Assembly: GCA_050183355.1 (NCBI GenBank)
Contig: JBFXBH010000002.1
Span: forward strand, 23,288 to 87,287
Length of the DNA: 64,000 nt
Direction: 5' to 3'
Source of the DNA: Vicinamibacterales bacterium
GTDB taxonomy: Bacteria > Acidobacteriota > Vicinamibacteria > Vicinamibacterales > UBA2999
The position numbers and the translations under genes were made by a program. Under the pieces are notes generated by a model. It saw nothing but the letters and a program-made list of their open reading frames with translations, had not been told where the DNA came from and did not search any database. Shown here piece after piece: positions 30,778 to 39,417 of this stretch. Within the stretch, counting starts at the first letter, position 1. The number at the start of each line of letters is the position of its first letter.

Positions 30778-31917
30778 TTATCGGCCGGCTCGCTGCGGGC
30801 CAGCCGTCCTGCGCATGAAGCGTCGATCGAGATGGTCCTTCCAGCGGCGGACCCAGCGTCCCTCCGCCGACCAGGGTCCCCATTCGGCAAGGCTCCGGCC
30901 GTTTCCGAGATTCAGGATCCGGAGCATCCGACGGGGCTGGTGGAACAGGACCAGGGGCTCATCGGCCAGCACCCTCCTGATGTTCGCATCGAGGACAGGC
31001 CCCTGGCGCACGGCGACCACGCCAGACTTCCGCGCCCGTCGGCCGCGGAACGTGCCGGCGTCGCCGGCCACGAAGACGCGCGCGTCGCCGACGACCCGCA
31101 ACGTGTGCTCCGTGACCGGGAAGCCGTCTGCGCCGGTGGGCAGGTCTGTCGCGTTGATCACCGGTGCGGGCGCGGACGTCGTGGCCCAGAGAATCGCCTC
31201 GCCCACGAGCGAACTGCCTCCGGCGGCGGTCACGGTGCCGCCGTTGATGCCGGTGACGCGGAGGCCGCTGAACACCTCAACGCCTGCGGCGGTCAGCGCC
31301 CTGAGTGCCCGGACCGACGCAGCCGGCGACTCGTCGCCGAGCACTCCGCGCTCACCGGCCAGCAGCGTGACCTGAAGGTCTGGCGAGATGCGGCGCAGGT
31401 AGATCGGCGCGCAGAGCGCCAGCTCGACACCCGAGGCGCCTCCGCCGACCACGATGAGGCGCGGCGCGCGTCCGTGGAGGCCAGCCTGCGCCTCCGTCCA
31501 GGTCCTTTCCAGCCGGTCGAGGAGCGAGGCGAGTGGCTTGTGCGGGACGAGGCGTGACGCGTCGACGATAGTGACTCCCTCGAACGACGGCTGCGATCCG
31601 ACGGCGATGGAGAGGACGTCAAAGGGTACGGGTTGACCCCGGTCCAGTGTGACCGTCCGGGTGGCCCGGTCGATCCCGGTCATCGACGCGACGTGGAGCT
31701 CAGCCGACGCCGCGTTGGTGAGGGCTCCGATGTCGATCAGCGCCTCCGACGGGGCGTACTCACCTGCCAGGAGCCCCGGCACCATGCCCGAGTAGATGAC
31801 GGCCGGCGTGTCGGTGACGCAGACCAGGCGGGCGTCGGGCGGTGGATGGCTGGCCCAGCGCCGCAGCACGTGCAGGTGGGCGTAGCCCATCCCGACGAGG
31901 ACAACCTGTCGGACCAT
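30778..31917 (-). CDS. FAD-dependent pyridine nucleotide-disulfide oxidoreductase (TIGR03169 'N-terminal-to-SelD'-like)
   Basis: 379 aa. VVLVGMGYAHLHVLRRW...IYSGMVPGLLAGEY and a second dinucleotide fold LIVVGGGASGVELA. The start overlaps the stop of the upstream glycosyltransferase gene (TGATG). Confidence 0.75.
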   Translation of the reverse strand: MVRQVVLVGMGYAHLHVLRRWASHPPPDARLVCVTDTPAVIYSGMVPGLLAGEYAPSEALIDIGALTNAASAELHVASMTGIDRATRTVTLDRGQPVPFDVLSIAVGSQPSFEGVTIVDASRLVPHKPLASLLDRLERTWTEAQAGLHGRAPRLIVVGGGASGVELALCAPIYLRRISPDLQVTLLAGERGVLGDESPAASVRALRALTAAGVEVFSGLRVTGINGGTVTAAGGSSLVGEAILWATTSAPAPVINATDLPTGADGFPVTEHTLRVVGDARVFVAGDAGTFRGRRARKSGVVAVRQGPVLDANIRRVLADEPLVLFHQPRRMLRILNLGNGRSLAEWGPWSAEGRWVRRWKDHLDRRFMRRTAGPQRAGR

Positions 31918-32606
31918 CAGCGAACGTGTCCGTACGCGCGCGCGAGGACGGCAGGATCGACGCCGGACCGATAGAGGATCGGCAGCACGTTCATCGCGAG
32001 CGCGAAGTAGATCGGCCGGGTCGCAAATCGACGACCCGACACGATGACATCCCGGCGCAGCGTGCGCACCAGGCCCGCGCGGCGCAAGCGCCGGCTGAAC
32101 TCGAGATCTTCGAACAGCGGCTGGTCCGGAAATCCTCCCACGGCGTCGAATACACTCCGACGCGCGAAGATCGCCTGGTCGCCGTAGGGAAGCCTGGTGT
32201 ACCGGGAGCGAAGATCAGCCAGCCGCACGAGCGTCGACAGAACCGGAGTTGGCGTGTCCAGCACGGTGCGGGTCGTGAAGGCGCCGCCGACCGTATCAGG
32301 GTCTTCCAGCGCGCCGGCGATGCGCGCGGTGACGTCGGCAGGCAGGCGGACGTCGGCGTGGAGGAAGAGCAGCACATCGCCGCGGGCAGCCTTGGCGCCC
32401 GCGTTCAATTGTGGGCCTCGTCCGCGCGGCGCGCTGAGAAATCTGGCTCGCGTGGCCCGCACGCACGCCTCGGTCTCGTCCTCGCTGCCGCCGTCGGCGA
32501 CGACTACTTCGAAGACACCCGCGAGACGCTCCAGCGCAGCCAACTGCCCGGGGATGGCGCGCGCCTCGTTCAATGTCGGGATGACGATCGAAACGGACAG
32601 GCTCAC
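31917..32606 (-). CDS. family-2 glycosyltransferase, TIGR04283-like (rSAM/selenodomain-associated; 'arsenosugar biosynthesis glycosyltransferase')
   Basis: 229 aa. VSIVIPTLNEA...VVVADGGSEDET...LLFLHADVRLP...YGDQAIFARRSVF, typical of this family. Co-located with arsS, arsM and a DUF2064 gene. Confidence 0.8.
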   Translation of the reverse strand: MSLSVSIVIPTLNEARAIPGQLAALERLAGVFEVVVADGGSEDETEACVRATRARFLSAPRGRGPQLNAGAKAARGDVLLFLHADVRLPADVTARIAGALEDPDTVGGAFTTRTVLDTPTPVLSTLVRLADLRSRYTRLPYGDQAIFARRSVFDAVGGFPDQPLFEDLEFSRRLRRAGLVRTLRRDVIVSGRRFATRPIYFALAMNVLPILYRSGVDPAVLARAYGHVR

Positions 32607-33289
32607 GCCTGGTCTCCGGTCCGTCGGGATGTCACGTCGAGCTGGGCGATGGCCGCGGCGGTCGCCGGGGCCCGCCGCGCCAGGGTGGCCGGCCGCTGGC
32701 GGAGGCAGCGCAGGCCGGCTTCATCGTCGACGTCGTGCCAGGAGGCTATCGTGGCAACATCCAGCCCGAGGCCCTGCAGACGCGCGAGTGTGTCGCGGCC
32801 GGTCCGAGGCTGACTCCAGGCGAGGCCCGCGAGCAGCTGTGGCGGGCAGCGCGTGAGGCCCAGCAGGTAGAAGCCGCCGTCGTCGGCGGGGCCGAGCACC
32901 GCCTCGTGCGTGCGGAGCAACCGTCTGGTGGACGCCAGCCGGTTAGCGGGGAGGTCCGGGACATCCGTGCCGATCACGATGGCCGCTTCGTGCGAGCGCA
33001 GAGCCCGCCGCAGCACGCGGGTCATCCGGTCGCCGAGGTCGCCTGTGCCCTGCGGCCAGATCTCGGAGCCGCCCGGCGCGGCTGCCGCCATGGCGCGCAC
33101 ATCCGTCGTCGCGATGACACAGTCGGCCCAGTCGAGCGCGCGAACGGTCGACCAGGTGTCGCGCAGAAACGCCAGCGCGAGATCCGCCGCCGGTCCCGAT
33201 CCGACCGTGCGCGCCAGGCGTGTCTTCACACGTCCAGGAAGAGGCGGTTTGGCAAAGACGCAGATGCGGATGCGGCCGCCCGGCGTCAT
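32603..33289 (-). CDS. DUF2064 / TIGR04282-like glycosyltransferase (rSAM/selenodomain-associated)
   Basis: Start at the internal Met (ATGA overlap with the upstream gene). ICVFAKPPLPGRVKTRL...IGTDVPDL...GPADDGGFYLLGL motifs of DUF2064. Confidence 0.8.
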   Translation of the reverse strand: MTPGGRIRICVFAKPPLPGRVKTRLARTVGSGPAADLALAFLRDTWSTVRALDWADCVIATTDVRAMAAAAPGGSEIWPQGTGDLGDRMTRVLRRALRSHEAAIVIGTDVPDLPANRLASTRRLLRTHEAVLGPADDGGFYLLGLTRCPPQLLAGLAWSQPRTGRDTLARLQGLGLDVATIASWHDVDDEAGLRCLRQRPATLARRAPATAAAIAQLDVTSRRTGDQA

Positions 33290-34791
33290 CGGCGCCACGC
33301 GAGCAACCCCGTCAGTACGCGCCGGACGCGGGGTGTCAGGCGCGTTCGATTCCACTCGTCCCCCAGCCGCTTCCATGCCTCGGCCACGGTCGGGTAGGGA
33401 TGCACCGTGGAGGCAAGGGTGCCCAGCCGGATGCCGGCTGCCATCATCAACGCCATCTCTCCGATCGCCTCACCGGCGTGGGGCGCGACCATGGTGGCGC
33501 CGAGGACCCGCCCGGCACGATCCGTCCGGACCCGGGCGAAGCCGTCGGTGGCGCCGTCGAGCACGGCACGATCGACATTCGTCATCGGCACGGTGAAGGT
33601 CGAGATATCAGCGCGATCGGCGGCCTCGGACTCCGGCAGCCCCACGCTCGCGACTTCCGGATCGGTGTACGTACAGGAGGGAATGACGAGCGCGCTGGCG
33701 CGCTCGCGACCGAAGAAGAGCGCGTTCTGGACGGCGATGCGGGCCATGGCGTCGGCCGCGTGCGTGAAGGCCGGCAGGCCTGTGATGTCGCCCGCGGCGT
33801 AGACCGCGCGATTGGTCGTACGCAGGAAGTCGTCGACGATCACGCCACGCGGTCCGGCGGTGATGCCGGCGGCGCCGAGGTTGAGTCCGTCGACGTTCGG
33901 CCGCCGGCCGGCCGCCACGAGCAGCGCATCGCCATGCACGGTACGTTCGCGCCCCTCGTGGTCGGCGACGAGGAACAGCCCCTGGGCGTCACGACCAGCC
34001 AGGCGGATGGCAGCTCCGAGGATCAGACGCACGCCATCAGACTCGAGCGCGCGGGCCACGATGGCACCTGCGTCCGCATCGTCTCTGGGGAGCACGCGAG
34101 CACTGTCGCTCACGACCGTCACCTCCGACCCCAGGCGCGCGAAGACCTGCGCCAGTTCGCAGCCAATCGGCCCGGCACCGATGACGGTAAGCCGCGGAGG
34201 ACAGGTCTCCAGCGAGAAGACGGTCTCGTTGGTCAGCACGGGCACCCCCTCGAGGCCCGGGATCGGCGGCACCGCCGCTCGCGCACCCGTCGCGATGATT
34301 GCCCTCGTGAAGCGGAGCCGCGCGCCGGCCGCGTCAAGGACGCGGGGTTCGGCGAACCGGGCCCCGCCCAGAAAGACGTCGATGCCGAGACCGGCCAAGC
34401 GTGCCACGGAATCGTGTGGCGCGAGTGACAACCGCAGCGCGCGCATCCGGTGCATCACGGCGTCGAAGTCGATCGCTGGAGCGCCCGGCACCTGGACGCC
34501 ATAGGCCGCGGCGCCCCTCACGCCGGCCGCGGCCCGGCCCGATCGAATGAGCGCCTTCGACGGCACGCACCCATAGTTCAGGCAATCCCCGCCCAGGCGG
34601 TGTCGTTCGACGATGGCCACGCGCGCACCGAGCGAAGCGGCCCCGACGGCACTGACCAGTCCCGCGGTGCCGCCGCCGACGACGACCAGGTTGTAGCGCG
34701 GCGCGGGCTCGGGATTGCGCCAGTCGGCCGGCCGTACGTGATGCAGAAGGGCCTGGTCCGTTTCGGCCCCCGGGCCTGTGTGGAGGGTCAT
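33286..34791 (-). CDS. MerA-like pyridine nucleotide-disulfide oxidoreductase (no C-terminal Cys pair)
   Basis: Start at the internal Met MTLHTG (ATGA overlap with the upstream gene). VVVGGGTAGL, redox-active GGDCLNYGCVPSK and HPYPT(VAEA) dimerisation motif. It lacks the MerA CC tail. Confidence 0.85.
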   Translation of the reverse strand: MTLHTGPGAETDQALLHHVRPADWRNPEPAPRYNLVVVGGGTAGLVSAVGAASLGARVAIVERHRLGGDCLNYGCVPSKALIRSGRAAAGVRGAAAYGVQVPGAPAIDFDAVMHRMRALRLSLAPHDSVARLAGLGIDVFLGGARFAEPRVLDAAGARLRFTRAIIATGARAAVPPIPGLEGVPVLTNETVFSLETCPPRLTVIGAGPIGCELAQVFARLGSEVTVVSDSARVLPRDDADAGAIVARALESDGVRLILGAAIRLAGRDAQGLFLVADHEGRERTVHGDALLVAAGRRPNVDGLNLGAAGITAGPRGVIVDDFLRTTNRAVYAAGDITGLPAFTHAADAMARIAVQNALFFGRERASALVIPSCTYTDPEVASVGLPESEAADRADISTFTVPMTNVDRAVLDGATDGFARVRTDRAGRVLGATMVAPHAGEAIGEMALMMAAGIRLGTLASTVHPYPTVAEAWKRLGDEWNRTRLTPRVRRVLTGLLAWRR

Positions 34792-35495
34792 ACGTGCGCC
34801 GTCCGCGCAGGGGGATCGGGTTGGTGCAGTTCGCGCGTCAGCGCACGACGCGCTACCCGCGTCAGCGCGACGACGACGGCCACCGTTGCGGCCAGGCCGA
34901 CGCCGGCCGAGATCTGCCGCAGCGTGCCGCCCGCGAGGTCGCCGCGCGCGAGCGTGGCCACGTCGCGGACCAGCGATCCGAGGTAGACGAACAGGAATGT
35001 CGCGGGCAGCATGCCGACAAACGACGCGGCGACATAGTCGCGGAGCCGCACCGCCGTCAGGCCGAGCGCGTAGTTCAGCATGCCAAACGGCACGAGGGGA
35101 GACAGCCGGAGGAGGACGACGATCCTGAAACCATGGGCGCCGATGGCGGCATCGATCGCGTGAAAGCGCGGATCGGCCGCGGCCCGGTTCGCCACCGCGT
35201 CCCGCAGGACCGTCCTGCCGAGCAGGAACGCGACGGTAGCGGCCGCGACGCTGACTGGCGAGACGAGCAGCGTCCCGAGCAGAGGTCCGTAGGCGAAGCC
35301 CGCTCCGACCGTCAGCACCGAGCCCGGCAACAGCAGGATCGTGACGGCGACGTAGACACCCGCATAGACGAGTGCGCCCATCGGACCGGCGTCGCGCACC
35401 CACTCCGCGAGGCCGGCCAGCCACTCGCGCGCGGGCAGGACGAGCGCGGCCTCCGCGACCAGCGACAACGCTGCCAGCACGCCGAGCGCAGGCAT
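34788..35495 (-). CDS. TVP38/TMEM64 (DedA/SNARE-associated) family membrane protein
   Basis: Polytopic membrane protein with LLPGSVLTVGAGFAYG and RLSPLVPFGMLNYALGLT motifs. Start set at Met 35495; the longer 35603 start would overlap arsS by 62 nt. Confidence 0.75.
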   Translation of the reverse strand: MPALGVLAALSLVAEAALVLPAREWLAGLAEWVRDAGPMGALVYAGVYVAVTILLLPGSVLTVGAGFAYGPLLGTLLVSPVSVAAATVAFLLGRTVLRDAVANRAAADPRFHAIDAAIGAHGFRIVVLLRLSPLVPFGMLNYALGLTAVRLRDYVAASFVGMLPATFLFVYLGSLVRDVATLARGDLAGGTLRQISAGVGLAATVAVVVALTRVARRALTRELHQPDPPARTAHV

Positions 35496-35541
35496 CCACA
35501 GCCGGGAGCGTCCGGTTACCGAATCCGGTCCGGTCGGCACG

Positions 35542-36543
35542 TCAGACCACGGCTCCGGAGCAGCCCGACCCGGCGCCCGCCGTGCATCCGAAGCAGTGTC
35601 CACCGGTGGCGACCCGCGCGCCTCTCAGGCCTCCCAGGTCCGAGACGTCCCAGATCGTCGGGCGTCCCTGTGGCGTCGCCGCCATGGGCAGGTCCAGCAT
35701 CTGGTTGAAGTCGCAGTCGTAGAGTCCGCCATCCCAGCTGACACTCACCAGCGACCGGCACATCAGACCGGCGACCGTGGCGGGATTGAAGTGCTGGACG
35801 AGCAGACTCATGTACGCGTCCATCCGGCCCTCGCGTTCGAGCATTCCCGCGAACCGGCGAATCGGCATGTTGGTGATCGTCAGGAGGTGGTGAAAGACGA
35901 TGCCGAAGCGGTCGCCGAGCGCATCGCGATACTGGGCTTCCAACTCGGCCTGCGCGGGCGGCAGTGATGCGCCGAGCGGATTGAAGACCAGATCGAGCCT
36001 GAGCGGAGACTCGGGCTGGCCGTACCCGAGCGCGTTCAACTGCCGCAGGGCCTCGATGCTGGCGTCGAACACGCCGAGGCCACGCTGGCGGTCCACGTTG
36101 TCCAGGGTGTAGCAGGGCAGACTCGCGACGATGTCTACACCCTGCGCTGCCAGGAAGCCGGCGAGGTCCTCCTGGCCCGGCTCACGCAGGATCGTCAGAT
36201 TGCAGCGATCGATGACGCGCAGGCCGCGGGCTCTTGCCGCCAGGACGAGCGGGCGGAAGTGCGCATTCAGTTCGGGCGCGCCACCGGTCAGGTCGACGGT
36301 CCGCAGCCCCGGGTTGGCGTCCAGCAGCTCGATCAGGCGATCGGCCACCTCCGCGCCCAGGGCTTCGGTCCGCTTCGGTCCGGCTTCGACGTGGCAGTGG
36401 TGACACGCTTGATTGCATACGCGTCCCACGTTGATCTGCAGGGTGTCCACGACGCCTCGCGCCAGCGTGGGGACACCGGCCGACTGGAGGGCCGACTCGA
36501 ACGACGGCGCGGTATCGAGGAGGGCCGGTACCATCAGCAGCAC
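35542..36543 (-). CDS. arsS: arsenosugar-biosynthesis-type radical SAM protein ArsS (TIGR04167 radical SAM/Cys-rich family)
   Basis: CNQACHHC (CX3CX2C) and the family-typical C-terminal GGHCFGCTAGAGSGCSG Cys-rich tail. An ATG at 36534 (TGATG overlap with arsM) is an alternative to GTG 36543. Confidence 0.85.
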   Translation of the reverse strand: MLLMVPALLDTAPSFESALQSAGVPTLARGVVDTLQINVGRVCNQACHHCHVEAGPKRTEALGAEVADRLIELLDANPGLRTVDLTGGAPELNAHFRPLVLAARARGLRVIDRCNLTILREPGQEDLAGFLAAQGVDIVASLPCYTLDNVDRQRGLGVFDASIEALRQLNALGYGQPESPLRLDLVFNPLGASLPPAQAELEAQYRDALGDRFGIVFHHLLTITNMPIRRFAGMLEREGRMDAYMSLLVQHFNPATVAGLMCRSLVSVSWDGGLYDCDFNQMLDLPMAATPQGRPTIWDVSDLGGLRGARVATGGHCFGCTAGAGSGCSGAVV

Positions 36544-37709
36544 CCGTCCTCACCGGAGCAGAGCGCGGCGGCGTCTGTCGTGAGGTTGTAGTCCTCGCCC
36601 TTTGTTTCGCGCGGATCGCGCACCAGCGTGCCGCCCGTGCACGGGAACGGCCTGGCGTCGCCCTCCGCGACCGGTACGACCGGGTCGATCAATTCCACGT
36701 GCTCCCGGTACGGCGCCTGGGAGAAGACGTTGAATGTCTTGCGGCACACGGCAGTCCGCACGCCGCGCCGCAGCCGGTGCCCGTCGTCGTCGAGCACTTC
36801 CCGGAACGGGCCCTTGTACACGACCGCGTCCTTGTGGTCGAGACAGGGGCCGTCGCTGTGCTTCCACGCCACGATTGTCATGCTGCGGAACTCGATGCCC
36901 TCCACGGTACGCCATGCGTCGACCGCGCGCGACGCGATTGTCAGGGCGCGAAACCCCGCGCGCTCGAACGCCAGAAGGAACTCATCCTCGCGCAGGGCAC
37001 CGGAGACGCAGCCGGTCCAGAGCTCGGGATCCTGCCGCAGATGGTCGGGCACCGCTTCGTCCGCGACGATGTCCGAGATCACCACCCGCCCGCCGACGCG
37101 CACCACCCGGAACAACTCGTCGAACATGCGCGCCTTCTGGGACGCCTCGACCAGATTGAGCACGCAGTTGGAGATGACCACATCCACGGAGCCGTCGGCG
37201 ATGAGGGGCGTCTGGCGGCGCAGGCGCTCGGCTTCCGCCTCTGCCCGGGAGAAGGCTCCGACGGAGTCCGCCGGGGACGATGCGAGGTAGCGGTCGAAGG
37301 CATCGAGGTCGAGCGCCAGATCCTGGATCCGGGCCCTGGCGAACCGGACGTTCGAGAAGCCGACTGCCGCGGCGACGGTCGGTGCACTCCGGCGGGCGAG
37401 GGCAAGCATTTCCTCGTTCATGTCGACGCCGATGACCGCGCCCTCAGGTCCGACGACCTGACTGGCGATGAAACAGACCTTGCCTCCGCCTGAACCCAGA
37501 TCCAGGACCCTCTCGCCCGGCTGGAGATACCGGCTGGGGTCGCCGCAGCCGTAGTCCCGTTCCAGGACCTCCTCCGGAATCGCCCTCAGGAGGGCCGGAT
37601 CGTAGGACACGGGGCAGCACAGCGCGGCCTCCCTCGCCTGGGCGGCAGCGCCGTATCGTTCGCTCACCGCGTGTTCAACGCTCAAGTTGCTGAGGGCGCG
37701 CACTGACAT
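36534..37709 (-). CDS. arsM: arsenite S-adenosylmethionine methyltransferase ArsM-like
   Basis: Start at the internal Met MSVRAL. CCPVSYD...YGCGDP, SAM motif VLDLGSGGGK, TGCVSGAL, plus a Cys-rich C-terminal domain ending in GCC. Confidence 0.85.
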   Translation of the reverse strand: MSVRALSNLSVEHAVSERYGAAAQAREAALCCPVSYDPALLRAIPEEVLERDYGCGDPSRYLQPGERVLDLGSGGGKVCFIASQVVGPEGAVIGVDMNEEMLALARRSAPTVAAAVGFSNVRFARARIQDLALDLDAFDRYLASSPADSVGAFSRAEAEAERLRRQTPLIADGSVDVVISNCVLNLVEASQKARMFDELFRVVRVGGRVVISDIVADEAVPDHLRQDPELWTGCVSGALREDEFLLAFERAGFRALTIASRAVDAWRTVEGIEFRSMTIVAWKHSDGPCLDHKDAVVYKGPFREVLDDDGHRLRRGVRTAVCRKTFNVFSQAPYREHVELIDPVVPVAEGDARPFPCTGGTLVRDPRETKGEDYNLTTDAAALCSGEDGCC

Positions 37710-37854
37710 CCGTGTGACTCCTGGGTTGGGCCGGTAATGACCCAAGGGCGGCGGGCAGCCGGGATACCGCCACCTACCGGGTATGGGTGTGCTGGCAGCG
37801 CCGGACATTACAGACTCGCGTTCAGGACACGCCGGCGGGGCTTCTTCGCGAAGC

Positions 37855-37870
37855 TGTGAGGTCGGTCACA
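37855..37870. promoter_or_regulatory. perfect CRP-type palindrome TGTGA-N6-TCACA (site 2)
   Basis: cTGTGAggtcggTCACAg, in the 243-bp divergent region between arsM (start 37709) and the CMD-family gene (start 37953). Confidence 0.6.
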
Positions 37871-37952
37871 GCATTGCGCCGCGCATCCACGAACAATGGA
37901 GTGGACGACGTAACAACACGACTGACGCACATCATCCAAGGAGAACGACGCC

Positions 37953-38501
37953 ATGAACTACACCGTGCATTCCATCGAGTCCGCTCCGGCGGCTTCCAAA
38001 GATACATTGGCTGCCGTCGCAAGGGCCTACGGGTTTCTGCCGAATCTGATGGGCGTGATGGCCGAGGCGCCTGCCGCGCTCAAGGCCTACCCGACGCTGA
38101 TCGGGCTGTTCGACCAGACGTCGTTCACGCCGACGGAGCGGCAGGTCGTACTCCTGGCTACCAGCGTCGAGAACGGGTGCGACTACTGCGTGGCCGCGCA
38201 TACGGTGATCGCGGGCATGCAGGGCGTGGCCGGCGAGGTCGTGCAGGCGATTCGCGCGGGTCAGCCCCTTGCCGATACGAGGCTCGAGGCCCTGCGCCGC
38301 TTCACGATCGCGGTGGTCGGTTCACGGGGACGCGTCTCCGACGCGGACACCACGAGCTTCCTCGGCGCTGGATACACACTGGGGCAGGTGCTGGAGGTCG
38401 TGCTGGGCGTCGCCATCAAGACGCTGTCGAACTACGTGAACCACATTGCCGAGACGCCCATCGATGGCGCGTTTGCAGCGGCGGCGTCGCCGGCCGCGTA
38501 G
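37953..38501 (+). CDS. carboxymuconolactone decarboxylase (AhpD-like) family protein
   Basis: AAGGAGAA RBS. 182 aa with a CxxC in the AhpD-like context (ENGCDYCVAAH). Confidence 0.85.
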   Translation: MNYTVHSIESAPAASKDTLAAVARAYGFLPNLMGVMAEAPAALKAYPTLIGLFDQTSFTPTERQVVLLATSVENGCDYCVAAHTVIAGMQGVAGEVVQAIRAGQPLADTRLEALRRFTIAVVGSRGRVSDADTTSFLGAGYTLGQVLEVVLGVAIKTLSNYVNHIAETPIDGAFAAAASPAA

Positions 38502-38645
38502 GGCTCCGCCGAAGACCGCCGGACGGCGGGCCAGTCCGACCCAGGCAATCGGTGAGGTGCTGGCTGTGGCCGCCCGCACACCAGCAACCTCGTCTGTCGT
38601 CGCTCCCGAGCACCACGACAGCCGCGTCAAAGAGAGGAGCAGCAC

Positions 38646-39119
38646 ATGACCTCGTCAGCACGCCCGCCGGTTCCACCGTTCACCGGTGCGACCGCCGCGC
38701 GGAAGGTGCGCATGGCCGAGGACTCCTGGAACAGTCGCGACCCCGACCGCGTGTCGCTCGCCTACACGCCGGACTCTGCGTGGCGAAACCGGGCCGAGTT
38801 CCTCCTCGGCCGCTCGGCGATCGTAGCGTTCCTGCAACGAAAGTGGGCGCGCGAGCTGGAGTACCGGCTCGTCAAGGAACTCTGGGCGTTCGCCACGGAC
38901 CGCATCGCCGTTCGCTTCGCCTACGAGTGGCACGACGACGGCGGGAATTGGTTCCGGTCGTACGGCAACGAGAACTGGGAGTTCGACGCCGGCGGGCTGA
39001 TGCGACGTCGTCTCGCCAGCATCAACGACCTCCCGATTCGCGAGGTCGACCGGCTGTTCCGATGGCCCGCCGGCCCGCGACCGGAGGGCCATCCATCGCT
39101 CACCGATCTGGGTCTCTGA
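38646..39119 (+). CDS. DUF1348 / nuclear transport factor 2-like family protein
   Basis: 157 aa. Motif run [33 protein letters not shown]...[27 protein letters not shown], typical of DUF1348. Confidence 0.8.
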   Translation: MTSSARPPVPPFTGATAARKVRMAEDSWNSRDPDRVSLAYTPDSAWRNRAEFLLGRSAIVAFLQRKWARELEYRLVKELWAFATDRIAVRFAYEWHDDGGNWFRSYGNENWEFDAGGLMRRRLASINDLPIREVDRLFRWPAGPRPEGHPSLTDLGL

Positions 39120-39180
39120 CCGGCGCGCGCCTTGACCCGAATTCCTCAGGAATGCCGCTACAGGCATTGGACGACGGGCC

Positions 39181-39209
39181 TGTAACGATCGGGCCACCTC
39201 CGGCACTCA
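39181..39209 (+). promoter_or_regulatory. ECF-type promoter-like motif TGTAAC-N17-CACTCA (copy 3)
   Basis: TGTAAC (39181-39186), 17 nt, CACTCA (39204-39209). Upstream of a 32-codon ORF (39276) and the histidine kinase (39418). Confidence 0.55.
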
Positions 39210-39275
39210 CCCGGTGACGGAACGTTAGCTGTGTCCGCTCCTCGGGCCAGGTGCAGCGAACCCGGAGGAATGCTG

Positions 39276-39374
39276 ATGCAGCCGCTCGCCGACGTCGATC
39301 AGATCGACCACGCACCTGAGGAGTCGAAGGAGCCAGGCGAAGGCCGGGCTGAAGAGTGGGCTCCGGTCAGGTAA
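39276..39374 (+). CDS. candidate small acidic protein (32 aa), unverified
   Basis: ATG preceded by GGAGG (39264-39268, 7-nt spacing). MQPLADVDQIDHAPEESKEPGEGRAEEWAPVR*. It sits between the promoter-like motif and the kinase gene. It is below the track length cut-off and I have no homology evidence. Confidence 0.25.
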   Translation: MQPLADVDQIDHAPEESKEPGEGRAEEWAPVR

Positions 39375-39417
39375 TAGCACCGTCGAGCCGCCGGCGCGGC
39401 AGAGAGGGGAAGAGTGG

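Noticed and set aside
35542-35600. Selenocysteine recoding in the ArsS C-terminal Cys-rich tail (some family members carry Sec)
   Set aside because: The tail reads GGHCFGCTAGAGSGCSG with ordinary Cys codons. There is no in-frame TGA before the stop.
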